A stretch of DNA of 37,619 bases, taken from positions 865 to 38,483 of the forward strand of contig JARRJE010000043.1 in the NCBI GenBank assembly GCA_037379765.1, read 5' to 3'. The notes below the pieces were generated by a model. The model had not been told where the DNA came from. It did no database searches and saw only the letters and a program-made list of their open reading frames with translations. Each line of letters opens with the position of its first letter. Positions within the stretch are counted from its first letter, which is position 1. The position numbers and the translations under genes are program-made. The stretch is from Deltaproteobacteria bacterium (GTDB lineage: Bacteria > Desulfobacterota > Desulfobulbia > Desulfobulbales > UBA5123). Shown piece by piece: positions 1-8,049 of the stretch.

Positions 1-795
1 CTTCAGCTCCCGAGCACATTCCTTGATGATCTTGGCCTTGATCTGTTTGACATCCTCCACGTAGCCGGTCAGCAGAGCCCGGTCGCAGATGATATTGATC
101 AGCCTCGGAAATCCACCTGAATAGAGGTAAATCTGGTGGAGGGCGTCAGGGCTGAACAAAACCTTGCGGGAGCCGGCAATGAGGAGCCGATGCCGGACAT
201 AATCAGCCGTTTCCGCTTCGCTCAAGGTATCAATATGGTAATTGACGCTGATCCTTTGTCGGAGCGCTTTATTGTGCGGGTCTTCAAGCACCTGGTTGAA
301 TTCGCTCTGGCCGATGAAGAAGATGTTGAGCAGCTTGGCCTGCTGCTTTTCTATGTTAGAGAGCAGCCGGATCTCTTCCAACAGCTCGTGGCTCAGGCGC
401 TGGGCCTCGTCAATAATGAGCAGCACCTTCTGTTCTTGCGCTGCCGCCTCTTGCAGAAAGCGGCCAAAATGCATGAGAAAGTCGACCTTGCCGTTGATCG
501 GCTGCCGGATGCCGAAGGAGATGGCGACGTATTGGAAAAATTCGAGACGGCTCAGGGCCGGATCGGAAATAGTGGCCACAATGACGTTTTCATCGAGGCT
601 GTTGAGCAGTGCATTGATCAGGGTGGTCTTGCCGGTGCCGATCTCTCCGGTGAGGAGAAGAAACCCCTTGCTGTCGCGGATGCCGTATTTGAGAGTGGCC
701 AGCGCCTCTTTGTGTTTTTCTCCCAGCCAGAGGAAACGGGGATCGGTATTGATCTGGAACGGCTTGCGCTTGAGATTGTAATAGCTCAGGTACAT
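1..795 (-). CDS. ExeA/GspA-family AAA+ ATPase (secretion / PEP-CTERM-locus type); C-terminus runs off the window start
   Basis: Absent from the ORF track because there is no stop in the window. Hand translation of the minus strand from ATG (cat at 793-795): MYLSYYNLKRKPFQINTDPRFLWLGEKHKEALATLKYGIRDSKGFLLLTGEIGTGKTTLINALL...KVLLIIDEAQRLSHELLEEIRLLSN...GGFPRLINIICDRALL. Walker A is GEIGTGKTT and Walker B is LLIIDEAQ. SD GGAAGGA lies about 7 nt upstream. The frame stays open to position 1. Confidence 0.85.
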   Translation of the reverse strand, partial: MYLSYYNLKRKPFQINTDPRFLWLGEKHKEALATLKYGIRDSKGFLLLTGEIGTGKTTLINALLNSLDENVIVATISDPALSRLEFFQYVAISFGIRQPINGKVDFLMHFGRFLQEAAAQEQKVLLIIDEAQRLSHELLEEIRLLSNIEKQQAKLLNIFFIGQSEFNQVLEDPHNKALRQRISVNYHIDTLSEAETADYVRHRLLIAGSRKVLFSPDALHQIYLYSGGFPRLINIICDRALLTGYVEDVKQIKAKIIKECARELK

Positions 796-910
796 GGATC
801 ATCCTTCCCGGAGGGAAATCGTGGTTTTCATCCTGGTGGCGAGACCGGAAACAGGCAGGCTTGGCATTGTCAACGGCCATTTGTAAATGGAATACGGAAG
901 CTCCTTAAAA

Positions 911-940
911 ATTACACAACAGCGGCTTTTTGCTTGTCAA
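911..940 (-). promoter_or_regulatory. candidate sigma70-type promoter upstream of the ATPase gene
   Basis: Minus strand reads TTGACA (935-940), an 18-nt spacer, then TGTAAT (911-916), in the 203-nt gap upstream of the ATG at 795. Motif match by eye only. Confidence 0.35.
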
Positions 941-998
941 GAGAAAAGGAGGCGGTGCCTCAGGAAAAATTTTAACTTTTTTATGTAATATCAAATAT

Positions 999-3146
999 TT
1001 ATTTTGGAGACGGAGCGAGAACGAGCCCTTGCGGCACACTATCCTCGACCAAGGCGTCGCCGGTCGAAAGAAAACGGCCGCTGCCCCAAGGACCGATGAT
1101 CAGAAGGTCCGCCTTGCCGTCCCGATTGAAATCGCCGATCAATTCACGGTCGAAAGGAGTGAGGTCCCAGCCCCGGAAACGATCGAAACCGAGCCAGGGA
1201 GTGGTGAAGAACCTGCCGCTGGAGACCAGCAGCCCGATCCATTCGTTGCTGCGGATCAGGACGTCGTCCCGGCCGTCGCCGGTAAAGTCGGCGATATGCA
1301 ATCGATCTTGCCAACCCAGATGCCAGGAACCGAGCCGGCCCTGTCGCCGCCATTGGACCTCCATCTTCTCGTCAGCCATTTTCAACATGGCCAATTCCCT
1401 GTCTCGGCGGACAAGGAGCTCGTCGCAACCATCACCGGTGAAATCACCCGCAGCATACTCGTCCTCCGCCGCCAGCCCCCAGAAGCCGATGCGGCCGGCT
1501 GCGGACCAGACCAAATCCAGTCGTTTGCCGCGAGAGAGAAAAAGAGCAGCCTCCGTATCCCGGTGAACCAGAACGTCATCGCGACCGTCACCGTTAAAAT
1601 CGCCGACGGCAAACCGATCCGCCCGACTGAAACGCCATTTGCCGAGATGCCGTTCGCTCAACCAGTTGCCGGTCAATTTGCGGCCGTTGGCTGTAAGCAA
1701 CCCCAGGCGGCGGCCATTAAACATCAGCAGGTCGTCCCGACCGTCACCATTGAAATCTCCAGGCCAGGCCAGATCATTTTTACTGAGCTGCCAGTTGCCG
1801 ATCTGGTCGTGGGCCATCCAGTGCAACTGCGGCTGACCGTCTTTTCCTTTGAAAATCGCCAGCCATTCGGAATTTTCCAAGACCAGCTCATCCGCCCCGT
1901 CGCCGTCGACGTCCACTGCATAGGCCCGATAGCGGCCGGGCAGGTTCCACCGGCCCAGCCATGTCGCCGGCAGCCATTCGATTCCCTGGCCCTCTTCTCC
2001 GCTGGAGAGCAGGCCCAGACGGCCTCCCTGCTGCAGAAAGAAATCACTGGCGCCGTTGCCGAGAGCGAGCAGGCCGCGGCCGAGGCGGAGCGGCTCACAA
2101 GTGGGACAGGCCGCCAACAGCCTTCGGGAGCCGATTCCCACTCCTTTTTTGCCCGAAGAGATTCTGCCGGCCCGAAGCATGGCCACCACACGGCGACTTC
2201 GGAGGCTGATCACCGGGGCGCCGGGCATGTTGATCCCCTCCTCACAGGAGAAGCCGAAATCCCGCCCCCCAGCCGGGCCGCCGGCTCGGCATTCCGTGTA
2301 GATCCGCTTACCGGCCCCGGCCGGATGCCCGATCACCGCCAGGGATTCTCCTTCTGCCGTCCCCTCGTCGGCCAATTCCAGGTAGCCCCAATCATAGCCG
2401 GGCTGGCCAGCCAGCCGCACAAGGCCATAGCCCAGCTTTTGATCGATTTCGAGTATTTCCCGACAACGGTAATCGGCTGCAGCTAAGGGCCGGCCTTTGG
2501 CATCCTCCTGGTCATTGAAACGGGCGACGATTTCTCCGCATGAATCAGGGCCGGTCAGACAACTTGCGGCAGTGAGCAGAAGATCAGGGCCGATCAGAAA
2601 GCCCGTGCATAAAGGTTTCTTGCCCGTTACCAGGACCGCGACCGGAGCGGCGAGGTGAGAGAGAGGACTCTGCGCCGAAAACCGGCCTGGCGAATGCTCC
2701 GGAGGGGACGGCCGTGTTGTCTTTGTCGAATCGACGAACGCCTTGAGATTGGAAACCAGCTGAGAGACGGGATCGGGCTTGATCGAAGGCAGGCCACCGG
2801 GCAGGAGGGCAGGGTCGAGATCAAGGGCCAGAAGGGTTTCCGTATCGAAACGGCCGGTCACCGGCAGATCCCGCTCGGCTTGCAGGCCGCGCAATGCATC
2901 CTGCATGGCAATGCCGTAAACCGGACCGCGCCGATACCGGCCTTGTGCCGCGAGAGCCTTCGCCGCCTTTTCCAGAAGCGCCGGAGAATAATCGATTGTC
3001 CCCGGCGCTTCGTATCCTTCGATATTGTTATCGGCGAGTCGAGAGAAAAACGACGACGACAGGGGAGCACACCCTGTGCCGATCAGCAAAAGGATCAATC
3101 CCGGCCACAGATAAACCGACCGGCTTCTCCTCTCCCCAGAGGACAT
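999..3146 (-). CDS. secreted (possibly lipo-)protein: PG-binding domain + trypsin-fold domain with substituted catalytic positions + FG-GAP/VCBS repeat propeller
   Basis: The ORF track gives 999..3266. I prefer the internal ATG at 3146 (MSSGERRSRSVYLWPGLILLLIGTGCAP), which has SD GGGAGGTGGG upstream and a signal-peptide-like N-terminus. PG_binding_1-like segment: AAQGRYRRGPVYGIAMQDALRGLQAERDLPVTGRFDTETLLAL. Trypsin-like segment: CTGFLIGPDLLLTAASC. At least six FG-GAP-type repeats are present (GDFNGDGRDDLL, GDFTGDGCDELLV, ADFTGDGRDDVLI, GDFNRDGKADLLI, VDVDGDGADELVL). Confidence 0.75.
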   Translation of the reverse strand: MSSGERRSRSVYLWPGLILLLIGTGCAPLSSSFFSRLADNNIEGYEAPGTIDYSPALLEKAAKALAAQGRYRRGPVYGIAMQDALRGLQAERDLPVTGRFDTETLLALDLDPALLPGGLPSIKPDPVSQLVSNLKAFVDSTKTTRPSPPEHSPGRFSAQSPLSHLAAPVAVLVTGKKPLCTGFLIGPDLLLTAASCLTGPDSCGEIVARFNDQEDAKGRPLAAADYRCREILEIDQKLGYGLVRLAGQPGYDWGYLELADEGTAEGESLAVIGHPAGAGKRIYTECRAGGPAGGRDFGFSCEEGINMPGAPVISLRSRRVVAMLRAGRISSGKKGVGIGSRRLLAACPTCEPLRLGRGLLALGNGASDFFLQQGGRLGLLSSGEEGQGIEWLPATWLGRWNLPGRYRAYAVDVDGDGADELVLENSEWLAIFKGKDGQPQLHWMAHDQIGNWQLSKNDLAWPGDFNGDGRDDLLMFNGRRLGLLTANGRKLTGNWLSERHLGKWRFSRADRFAVGDFNGDGRDDVLVHRDTEAALFLSRGKRLDLVWSAAGRIGFWGLAAEDEYAAGDFTGDGCDELLVRRDRELAMLKMADEKMEVQWRRQGRLGSWHLGWQDRLHIADFTGDGRDDVLIRSNEWIGLLVSSGRFFTTPWLGFDRFRGWDLTPFDRELIGDFNRDGKADLLIIGPWGSGRFLSTGDALVEDSVPQGLVLAPSPK

Positions 3147-3305
3147 AACCACCCACCTCCCCCGCGAATTAGGGATCGGGTTGCCCCGCAATCGATGTCT
3201 AATGGAAATACGACGTCTACTGGAATTACGACTTTTATTGTAGGAAATTACAGCCTCCGTTGACAAGCATTAGCCGGCAACTTTCGGCCGACGGCCCATT
3301 TCCAC

Positions 3306-3345
3306 TTGACGGCTTTTTTGTGCCTATTGTATGAATGAATATAAT
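3306..3345 (+). promoter_or_regulatory. candidate sigma70-type promoter(s) for the hypothetical / treT gene string
   Basis: Two overlapping by-eye matches: TTGACG (3306-3311)-N18-TATGAA (3330-3335), and TTGTGC (3318-3323)-N16-TATAAT (3340-3345). Both lie in an AT-rich divergent intergenic region. Confidence 0.3.
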
Positions 3346-3405
3346 TATTTAGAAACTATTCCAGCGGACAAACTCTCTTATGATCGATCAAAAAGGAGAA
3401 GAGCC

Positions 3406-3837
3406 ATGGAAATAACCCGCAACGAGCACAAAAAGCTCCAGGAGATGTGCGACTGTTTTCTGGAAACCGACTATCTGGCCGAAATGGAGAGAATGAGCCG
3501 GAATCCGATCGCCGATCCGGAGGAGGACGCCCGCAAGTACCTGTCGCTGGCCATCATGCACACCATATCGGAAAAGGCCAGGAAGCTGACCTTGAAAAGA
3601 AAGGACGGTGGGCTGGAAGTCAAAGTGAAGAACGAAAGCAAGGAGTTGCTGCCGGCGCCGCCCGTGGAGCTCTTCGAGCCGATGGTCGAAATCATGCGCC
3701 GCATTCTTCATCTCGAAGGGGGTCAGGGCGAGCTGCCGCTGGTTTTGGGCTTGCGCAGCGGCCAGCTCGAAATCACGGTTCAGGTCCGACACGAGGCGGA
3801 CAAGGATTCCCTGAAATTCAAATTCCCCGAGCTGTGA
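3406..3837 (+). CDS. hypothetical protein (143 aa)
   Basis: ORF 3331..3837. The internal ATG at 3406 is preferred because of a strong SD (AAAAGGAGAAGAGCC ATG). The composition looks like a coding region. I recognise no motif securely; there is only a vague resemblance to GspE/PilB N-terminal-type domains. Confidence 0.6.
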   Translation: MEITRNEHKKLQEMCDCFLETDYLAEMERMSRNPIADPEEDARKYLSLAIMHTISEKARKLTLKRKDGGLEVKVKNESKELLPAPPVELFEPMVEIMRRILHLEGGQGELPLVLGLRSGQLEITVQVRHEADKDSLKFKFPEL

Positions 3838-4004
3838 CCGGCAGACGGAGGCCGGCGCCCGGCCCCTCACAGGCCAGGGCGTCGGCCCATCACGCCCAAA
3901 GCCGGCCCGTGACCCCCTTCCCTCCCGACACCCCTTATTTGTCAGGGGTAAAGCAAAAAGGCTACCATGGAGAAGGCCAAGGGATCACGACCCTGGAGAC
4001 CCGA

Positions 4005-4691
4005 ATGACTCAGCAGATCATCACCGCAGCCAAGAATACGGCCTTCGAATTCCGGGATATCGTCACGATTCCGCGCTCGACCGGCCAGAAAGCCGAAACC
4101 CTCTCCGAGCTTCGGGACCTGATCGCCGAGGTGAGCGAGGACTGCATTTTCTATCACACTTACGGATACTTCGCCAAAGGCCATATCCTCGAATACACCA
4201 ACGATTTCGCGCAGTGGGCCGGCAAGGGCCTGGAAGAGGGAATGCTCGCCGAGCACCTGTCCATCATCGACGCCTTCGCCTTTGAATCCGTGGCCGATCT
4301 GCGGGCGGAGCTGCTCCGGGTGATCGATGCTTACACCGCCAACTTTCCCGAACCGCGGCCGGCCATGCCCGGCAATCAGTTCTATTTCAAAGAGGCGGTC
4401 ACTTACGTGTTTCCGGCCGGCTTCCGGGTCATGAATCTGGCCGAGCTCCTCATGGCGCTCAAATTCGTGGATATGAGCTCGATCTATTACCACTTCTATG
4501 AGGCGCGGGTGCGGCTCGGCGCCGGAGAAGACGATTTTTCCAAGTGGGTGGAGGAGGTAGTCGGCGGCCCTGAGATCGCCGCCCGGATCCGGGCCATCGA
4601 CATCTTCATGCACAACCTCGAGGGGATCAGAGAGCTGCTCATCCGGATCATTGAAGAGGAGCTCACCAAAATGATGGAGGTGCTCGGATGA
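4005..4691 (+). CDS. conserved hypothetical protein, translationally coupled to treT (resembles proteins I recall as DUF5752; unverified)
   Basis: This is the 3' part of ORF 3447..4691. The upstream 186 codons are R/G/P-rich low complexity and overlap the 3406..3837 gene, so the start is moved to ATG 4005 (GGAG 7 nt upstream). The stop overlaps the treT start as ATGA (4688-4691). Confidence 0.65.
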   Translation: MTQQIITAAKNTAFEFRDIVTIPRSTGQKAETLSELRDLIAEVSEDCIFYHTYGYFAKGHILEYTNDFAQWAGKGLEEGMLAEHLSIIDAFAFESVADLRAELLRVIDAYTANFPEPRPAMPGNQFYFKEAVTYVFPAGFRVMNLAELLMALKFVDMSSIYYHFYEARVRLGAGEDDFSKWVEEVVGGPEIAARIRAIDIFMHNLEGIRELLIRIIEEELTKMMEVLG

Positions 4692-5911
4692 TTGAACAAT
4701 ATGCCGGCATCTCTCCTAAGCGCGACCTGCTCCTCCTCCAGAAACTTGGCCAGGAACTGGAAGGAAAAACTTTTCTGCACATCAACTCCACCAAGGCGGG
4801 AGGCGGCGTGGCGGAGATCCTTCAACGGATGATTCCCCTGCTCCAGAGCCTGGGCATCGACGCCCGCTGGGAAGTGATCGAAGGGGACCAGAAATTCTTC
4901 GATACCACCAAAAAGATCCACAACGCCCTGCAGGGGGACCCGGAAAAGATCTCCGAGAAGATGTGGGAGCATTATTATGAGATCAACAAACAGAACGCCA
5001 CCAAGCTCGACCTCGCAGCCGATGCCGTTCTCATCCACGACCCCCAGCCGGCGGGCCTGATCAATTTCAAGCCTAAGCGGCCGGGGCAAAAATGGCTACT
5101 GCGCTGCCACATCGACGTTTCCTCCCCCCACCAATCGGTCTTCAAGCATCTCGCCACCTTCTGCGGCAAATACGACGCCGCCATATTTTCCGTGGCCAGC
5201 TTCGCCAAGCCCATGAAGATTCACGAGTACATCGTGCCCCCCTCCATCGATCCGTTGAGCGACAAGAACAAGGAGCTCTCGGAAGAAGAGATCCGGGCAG
5301 TGGCGGAAAAATACGACCTGCAGCGGGACAAACCCATGCTGGTCCAGGTGTCCCGGTTCGACCGTTTCAAGGACCCTCTGGGGGTGATCCGTGCTTACCG
5401 CATGGTCAAAAAATACAACGACTGCAGCCTGGTGCTGGCGGGCAGCCCGGCGAGCGACGACCCCGAAGGGGAAGCGGTGCTCGCCGAGGTGAGGGAGTTC
5501 GCCGCCGGTGATCCGGACATCCATATTCTGCTCCTGCCGCCATACAGCGATCAGGATATTAATGCCCTCCAGCGGCTGGCCACCGTGGTGTTGCAGAAGT
5601 CCCTCAAGGAAGGGTTCGGCCTCACCGTTTCCGAGGCGATGTGGAAAGGCAAACCGGTGATCGGCGGCGCCGTGGGCGGGATCCCCCTGCAGATCACCCA
5701 CGGCAATTCGGGATTTCTCGTCCGCTCGGAGGAGGGGGCGGCTTTCCGCATCCGGCAGCTCCTCAACAATCCCGGAATGGCGACAAGGATCGGCAAAGCC
5801 GCCAAGGCGGTGGTCAGGGACAATTTTCTGATCACCCGGCAGATCCGGGATTACCTGGCCGTCTGGTACGCCACCGAATTCCAGGACCAGGGAACCCTTT
5901 TTGAGCTCTGA
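4688..5911 (+). CDS. treT: trehalose glycosyltransferring synthase TreT (GT4; NDP-glucose + glucose -> trehalose)
   Basis: 407 aa. Matches remembered archaeal TreT along its length: FLHINSTKAGGGVAEIL, KIHNALQG, LIHDPQPAGL, WLLRCHID, PPSIDPLSDKN, VQVSRFDRFKDP, DDPEG, KEGFGLTVSEAMWKGKPVIGGAVGGIPLQI..G.SGFLV. Confidence 0.9.
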   Translation: MIEQYAGISPKRDLLLLQKLGQELEGKTFLHINSTKAGGGVAEILQRMIPLLQSLGIDARWEVIEGDQKFFDTTKKIHNALQGDPEKISEKMWEHYYEINKQNATKLDLAADAVLIHDPQPAGLINFKPKRPGQKWLLRCHIDVSSPHQSVFKHLATFCGKYDAAIFSVASFAKPMKIHEYIVPPSIDPLSDKNKELSEEEIRAVAEKYDLQRDKPMLVQVSRFDRFKDPLGVIRAYRMVKKYNDCSLVLAGSPASDDPEGEAVLAEVREFAAGDPDIHILLLPPYSDQDINALQRLATVVLQKSLKEGFGLTVSEAMWKGKPVIGGAVGGIPLQITHGNSGFLVRSEEGAAFRIRQLLNNPGMATRIGKAAKAVVRDNFLITRQIRDYLAVWYATEFQDQGTLFEL

Positions 5912-5946
5912 GCGGATGGCCTCGAAGCCTCATGACAGGAGAGCTT

Positions 5947-6144
5947 CAAAACCCCATTGACAAGCGGCCGAGCACCGCAGAGGCTGCCGAAAAAGGAGTT
6001 TGAACTGTTTGAGCCCCTGCAAGGGGCGAGTTTTTAAACTCCCGGCAACTGCGAGGGCGTACAGGGAACCCGCCGCAGGCGGGCAAGTGACACGGGGCGC
6101 CCTTTCTTTGGGTTCTTTTCTCTAGGCGAGTAAAGAAAAGAACG
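5947..6144 (+). repeat. structured intergenic repeat, family A, copy 1 (about 198 nt)
   Basis: Its reverse complement aligns by eye at about 80% identity with 26069-26262. It contains hairpins GCCCCT-GCA-AGGGGC followed by GAGTTTTT, CCCGCC-GCA-GGCGGG, and GTTCTTTTCT...AGAAAAGAAC. ORF 5946..6332(-) over it is judged spurious. Confidence 0.8.
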
Positions 6145-6289
6145 TAACTCCAATCATTCTCGCCGGATCGGTAGAAGCTATTCCGGGTCCACAGCCTAGC
6201 GGCGGGAAGAGACAAACTCAGGCTGCGGATCTTTCGTTTGAGCCGAAAGTCCTCTGGCGAGGTCTTTGCGTCACAGCAAACAAAACGCC

Positions 6290-8033
6290 ATGGTCGAGAA
6301 ACTCGGAGCCAACCACCTGGGTAACGGCACATACCACTTTCTGGTATGGGCGCCGCTTAGAAAGGAGGTGGTGCTGAGTCTACTCACCCCCCGGAAGGAA
6401 ACCCTGGCCATGGCTCCCCGGGACAGAGGCTACTTCGAGGCCATGGTCTCCGGACTGGATAAACCCCCGCGCTACCTCTTCATCCTGGGTGGAGAGCTCA
6501 GCCGTCCCGATCCGGCCTCCCGTTTCCAGCCGGACGGGGTTCACCAGGCTTCCCAGGCGGTATGCCATAAGGATTTTCCCTGGGACGATGAGGAGTGGCT
6601 CAATCCGCCTTTTGCCGATTATCTCATCTACGAGCTGCATGTGGGCACCTTCACGCCGGAGGGCACCTTCGAGGCGATCATTCCCCGCCTCGACTACCTG
6701 AAGGAGGAGCTCGGGGTCACCGCCATCGAGATCATGCCGGTGGCCCAGTTTCCCGGCGGCCGAAACTGGGGCTACGACGGGGTTTATCCGTTTGCGGTGC
6801 AGAACACTTACGGCGGGCCGGAGGGTTTCAAGCGACTGGTGGCCGCCTGCCACCGGGCCGGGCTGGCGGTGATTCTGGACGTGGTTTACAACCACCTGGG
6901 CCCCGAGGGCAATTATCTCTCCGACTTCGGCCCTTATTTCACCCCGAAATACCGGACGCCGTGGGGAATGGCGATCAATTTCGACGGCCCGGACAGCGAC
7001 GAGGTGAGGCGGTTCGTGATCGATAACGCCCTTTCCTGGATCAACGACTTCCACATCGACGCCCTGCGGTTGGATGCGGTCCACGGCATCTTCGATTTCA
7101 GCGCCCGCCACATCCTCCTCGAGCTCAACGACGAGGTGGCGGCCCGCGCCACCCACCGGGCCTACCTCATCGCTGAAAGCGACCTCAACGACGTGCGCCT
7201 GATCAATCCACGGGAGATAGGAGGCTACGGGATCGAGGCCCAGTGGCTCGACGACTTCCATCATGCGGTTCACACCTTGCTCACCGGCGAGAGTCAAGGC
7301 TATTACCGCGATTTCGGCTCGATTGCCGATCTGGCTGCGGCCCTGGAGAACGGCTACGTCTATGACGGCAGGTATTCCCTTTTTCGGAGGCGGCGGTTCG
7401 GCACTTCCTCTCGGGAGCGGCCCGCCGGCCAGTTCGTGGCCTTCCCCTTATGTGCCGCTCCTGTTCATGGGCGAGGAATACGGAGAGACCGCTCCCTTTC
7501 AATATTTTGTCAGCCACGGGGACAAAGAGCTGGCGGAAGCGGTCCGCCGAGGACGCCGGGAGGAATTCTCTGAATTTGCCTGGGGAGAGGATCTGCCGGA
7601 CCCCCAGGCCGAATCCACCTTTGCCCGATCCCGGCTCAATCCGGAACTGCGGCATGAAGGCTGGCACCGGGAGTTGTTTGGTTTCTATCGCCGGCTGATC
7701 GACTTGCGCAAGCGCCACCCGTTGCTGCGTCATCCTGACAAATCGAATCTGGAGGTTGCCGCCGACAACACGCGCCGGACCCTCCGCATGCGCCGGCGGC
7801 AATGGGGACGCCAGCTTTTCTATACGGTAAACTTCGATGAGAGGCCGCAGCCTGCAGCGGCCGGCCTGCCCGGGACCTGGCGGTTGCTGATCAGCTCGCC
7901 AGAGCCCGAGGCGGCTGCCTCAGAGCTCCGCAATCTTGAAGGGCCTCTCGAACTGCCACCCCACAGTTTCTTTCTGTACGAGCTGGCTCCTGCGAGCTCC
8001 GCCAGAGTAAGAGCGCGCTCAAAAGCCGGATAA
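6290..8033 (+). pseudogene. treZ: malto-oligosyltrehalose trehalohydrolase TreZ (GH13), disrupted by an internal deletion plus frameshift near 7441-7447
   Basis: Two overlapping ORFs in different frames: 6266..7573 and 7263..8033. The first carries the GH13 regions YELHVGTFT, GYDGV, VILDVVYNHLGPEGN, DALRLDAVH, LIAESDLND, then ...GQFVAF. The second resumes at SPYVPLLFMGEEYGETAPFQYF. The expected region-IV motif (QNHDQVGNR) and about 30-35 aa between them are absent. The frame offset implies a missing length of 3n+2 nt. Confidence 0.8.
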
Positions 8034-8049
8034 CCCTTAAGAGGTTACG

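Noticed and set aside
930-2486. 518-aa ORF on the plus strand. Similar long antisense ORFs: 136..975(+), 6380..7297(-), 7891..9015(-), 9388..10842(-), 15836..16645(-), 20478..21842(+), 21885..22817(+), 23481..24728(+), 27157..28134(+), 30901..31647(-), 34641..35363(-), 35531..36316(-), 36991..37548(-).
   Set aside because: Each lies antisense to, or out of frame with, a gene that has strong family-level motifs. Their products are R/G/P/A-rich low-complexity sequence typical of open antisense frames in GC-rich DNA. No independent start signals were seen.
3447-4004. N-terminal 186 codons of the 414-aa ORF 3447..4691
   Set aside because: The sequence is Arg/Gly/Pro-rich with no domain signal. 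It overlaps the better-supported 3406..3837 gene in another frame. The conserved part begins at the ATG at 4005, which has a GGAG box.
5946-6332. 128-aa minus-strand ORF in the treT-treZ spacer
   Set aside because: It is built on repeat family A, whose second copy at 26069-26262 lies in a different coding context. I treat it as a translated repeat, not a gene.
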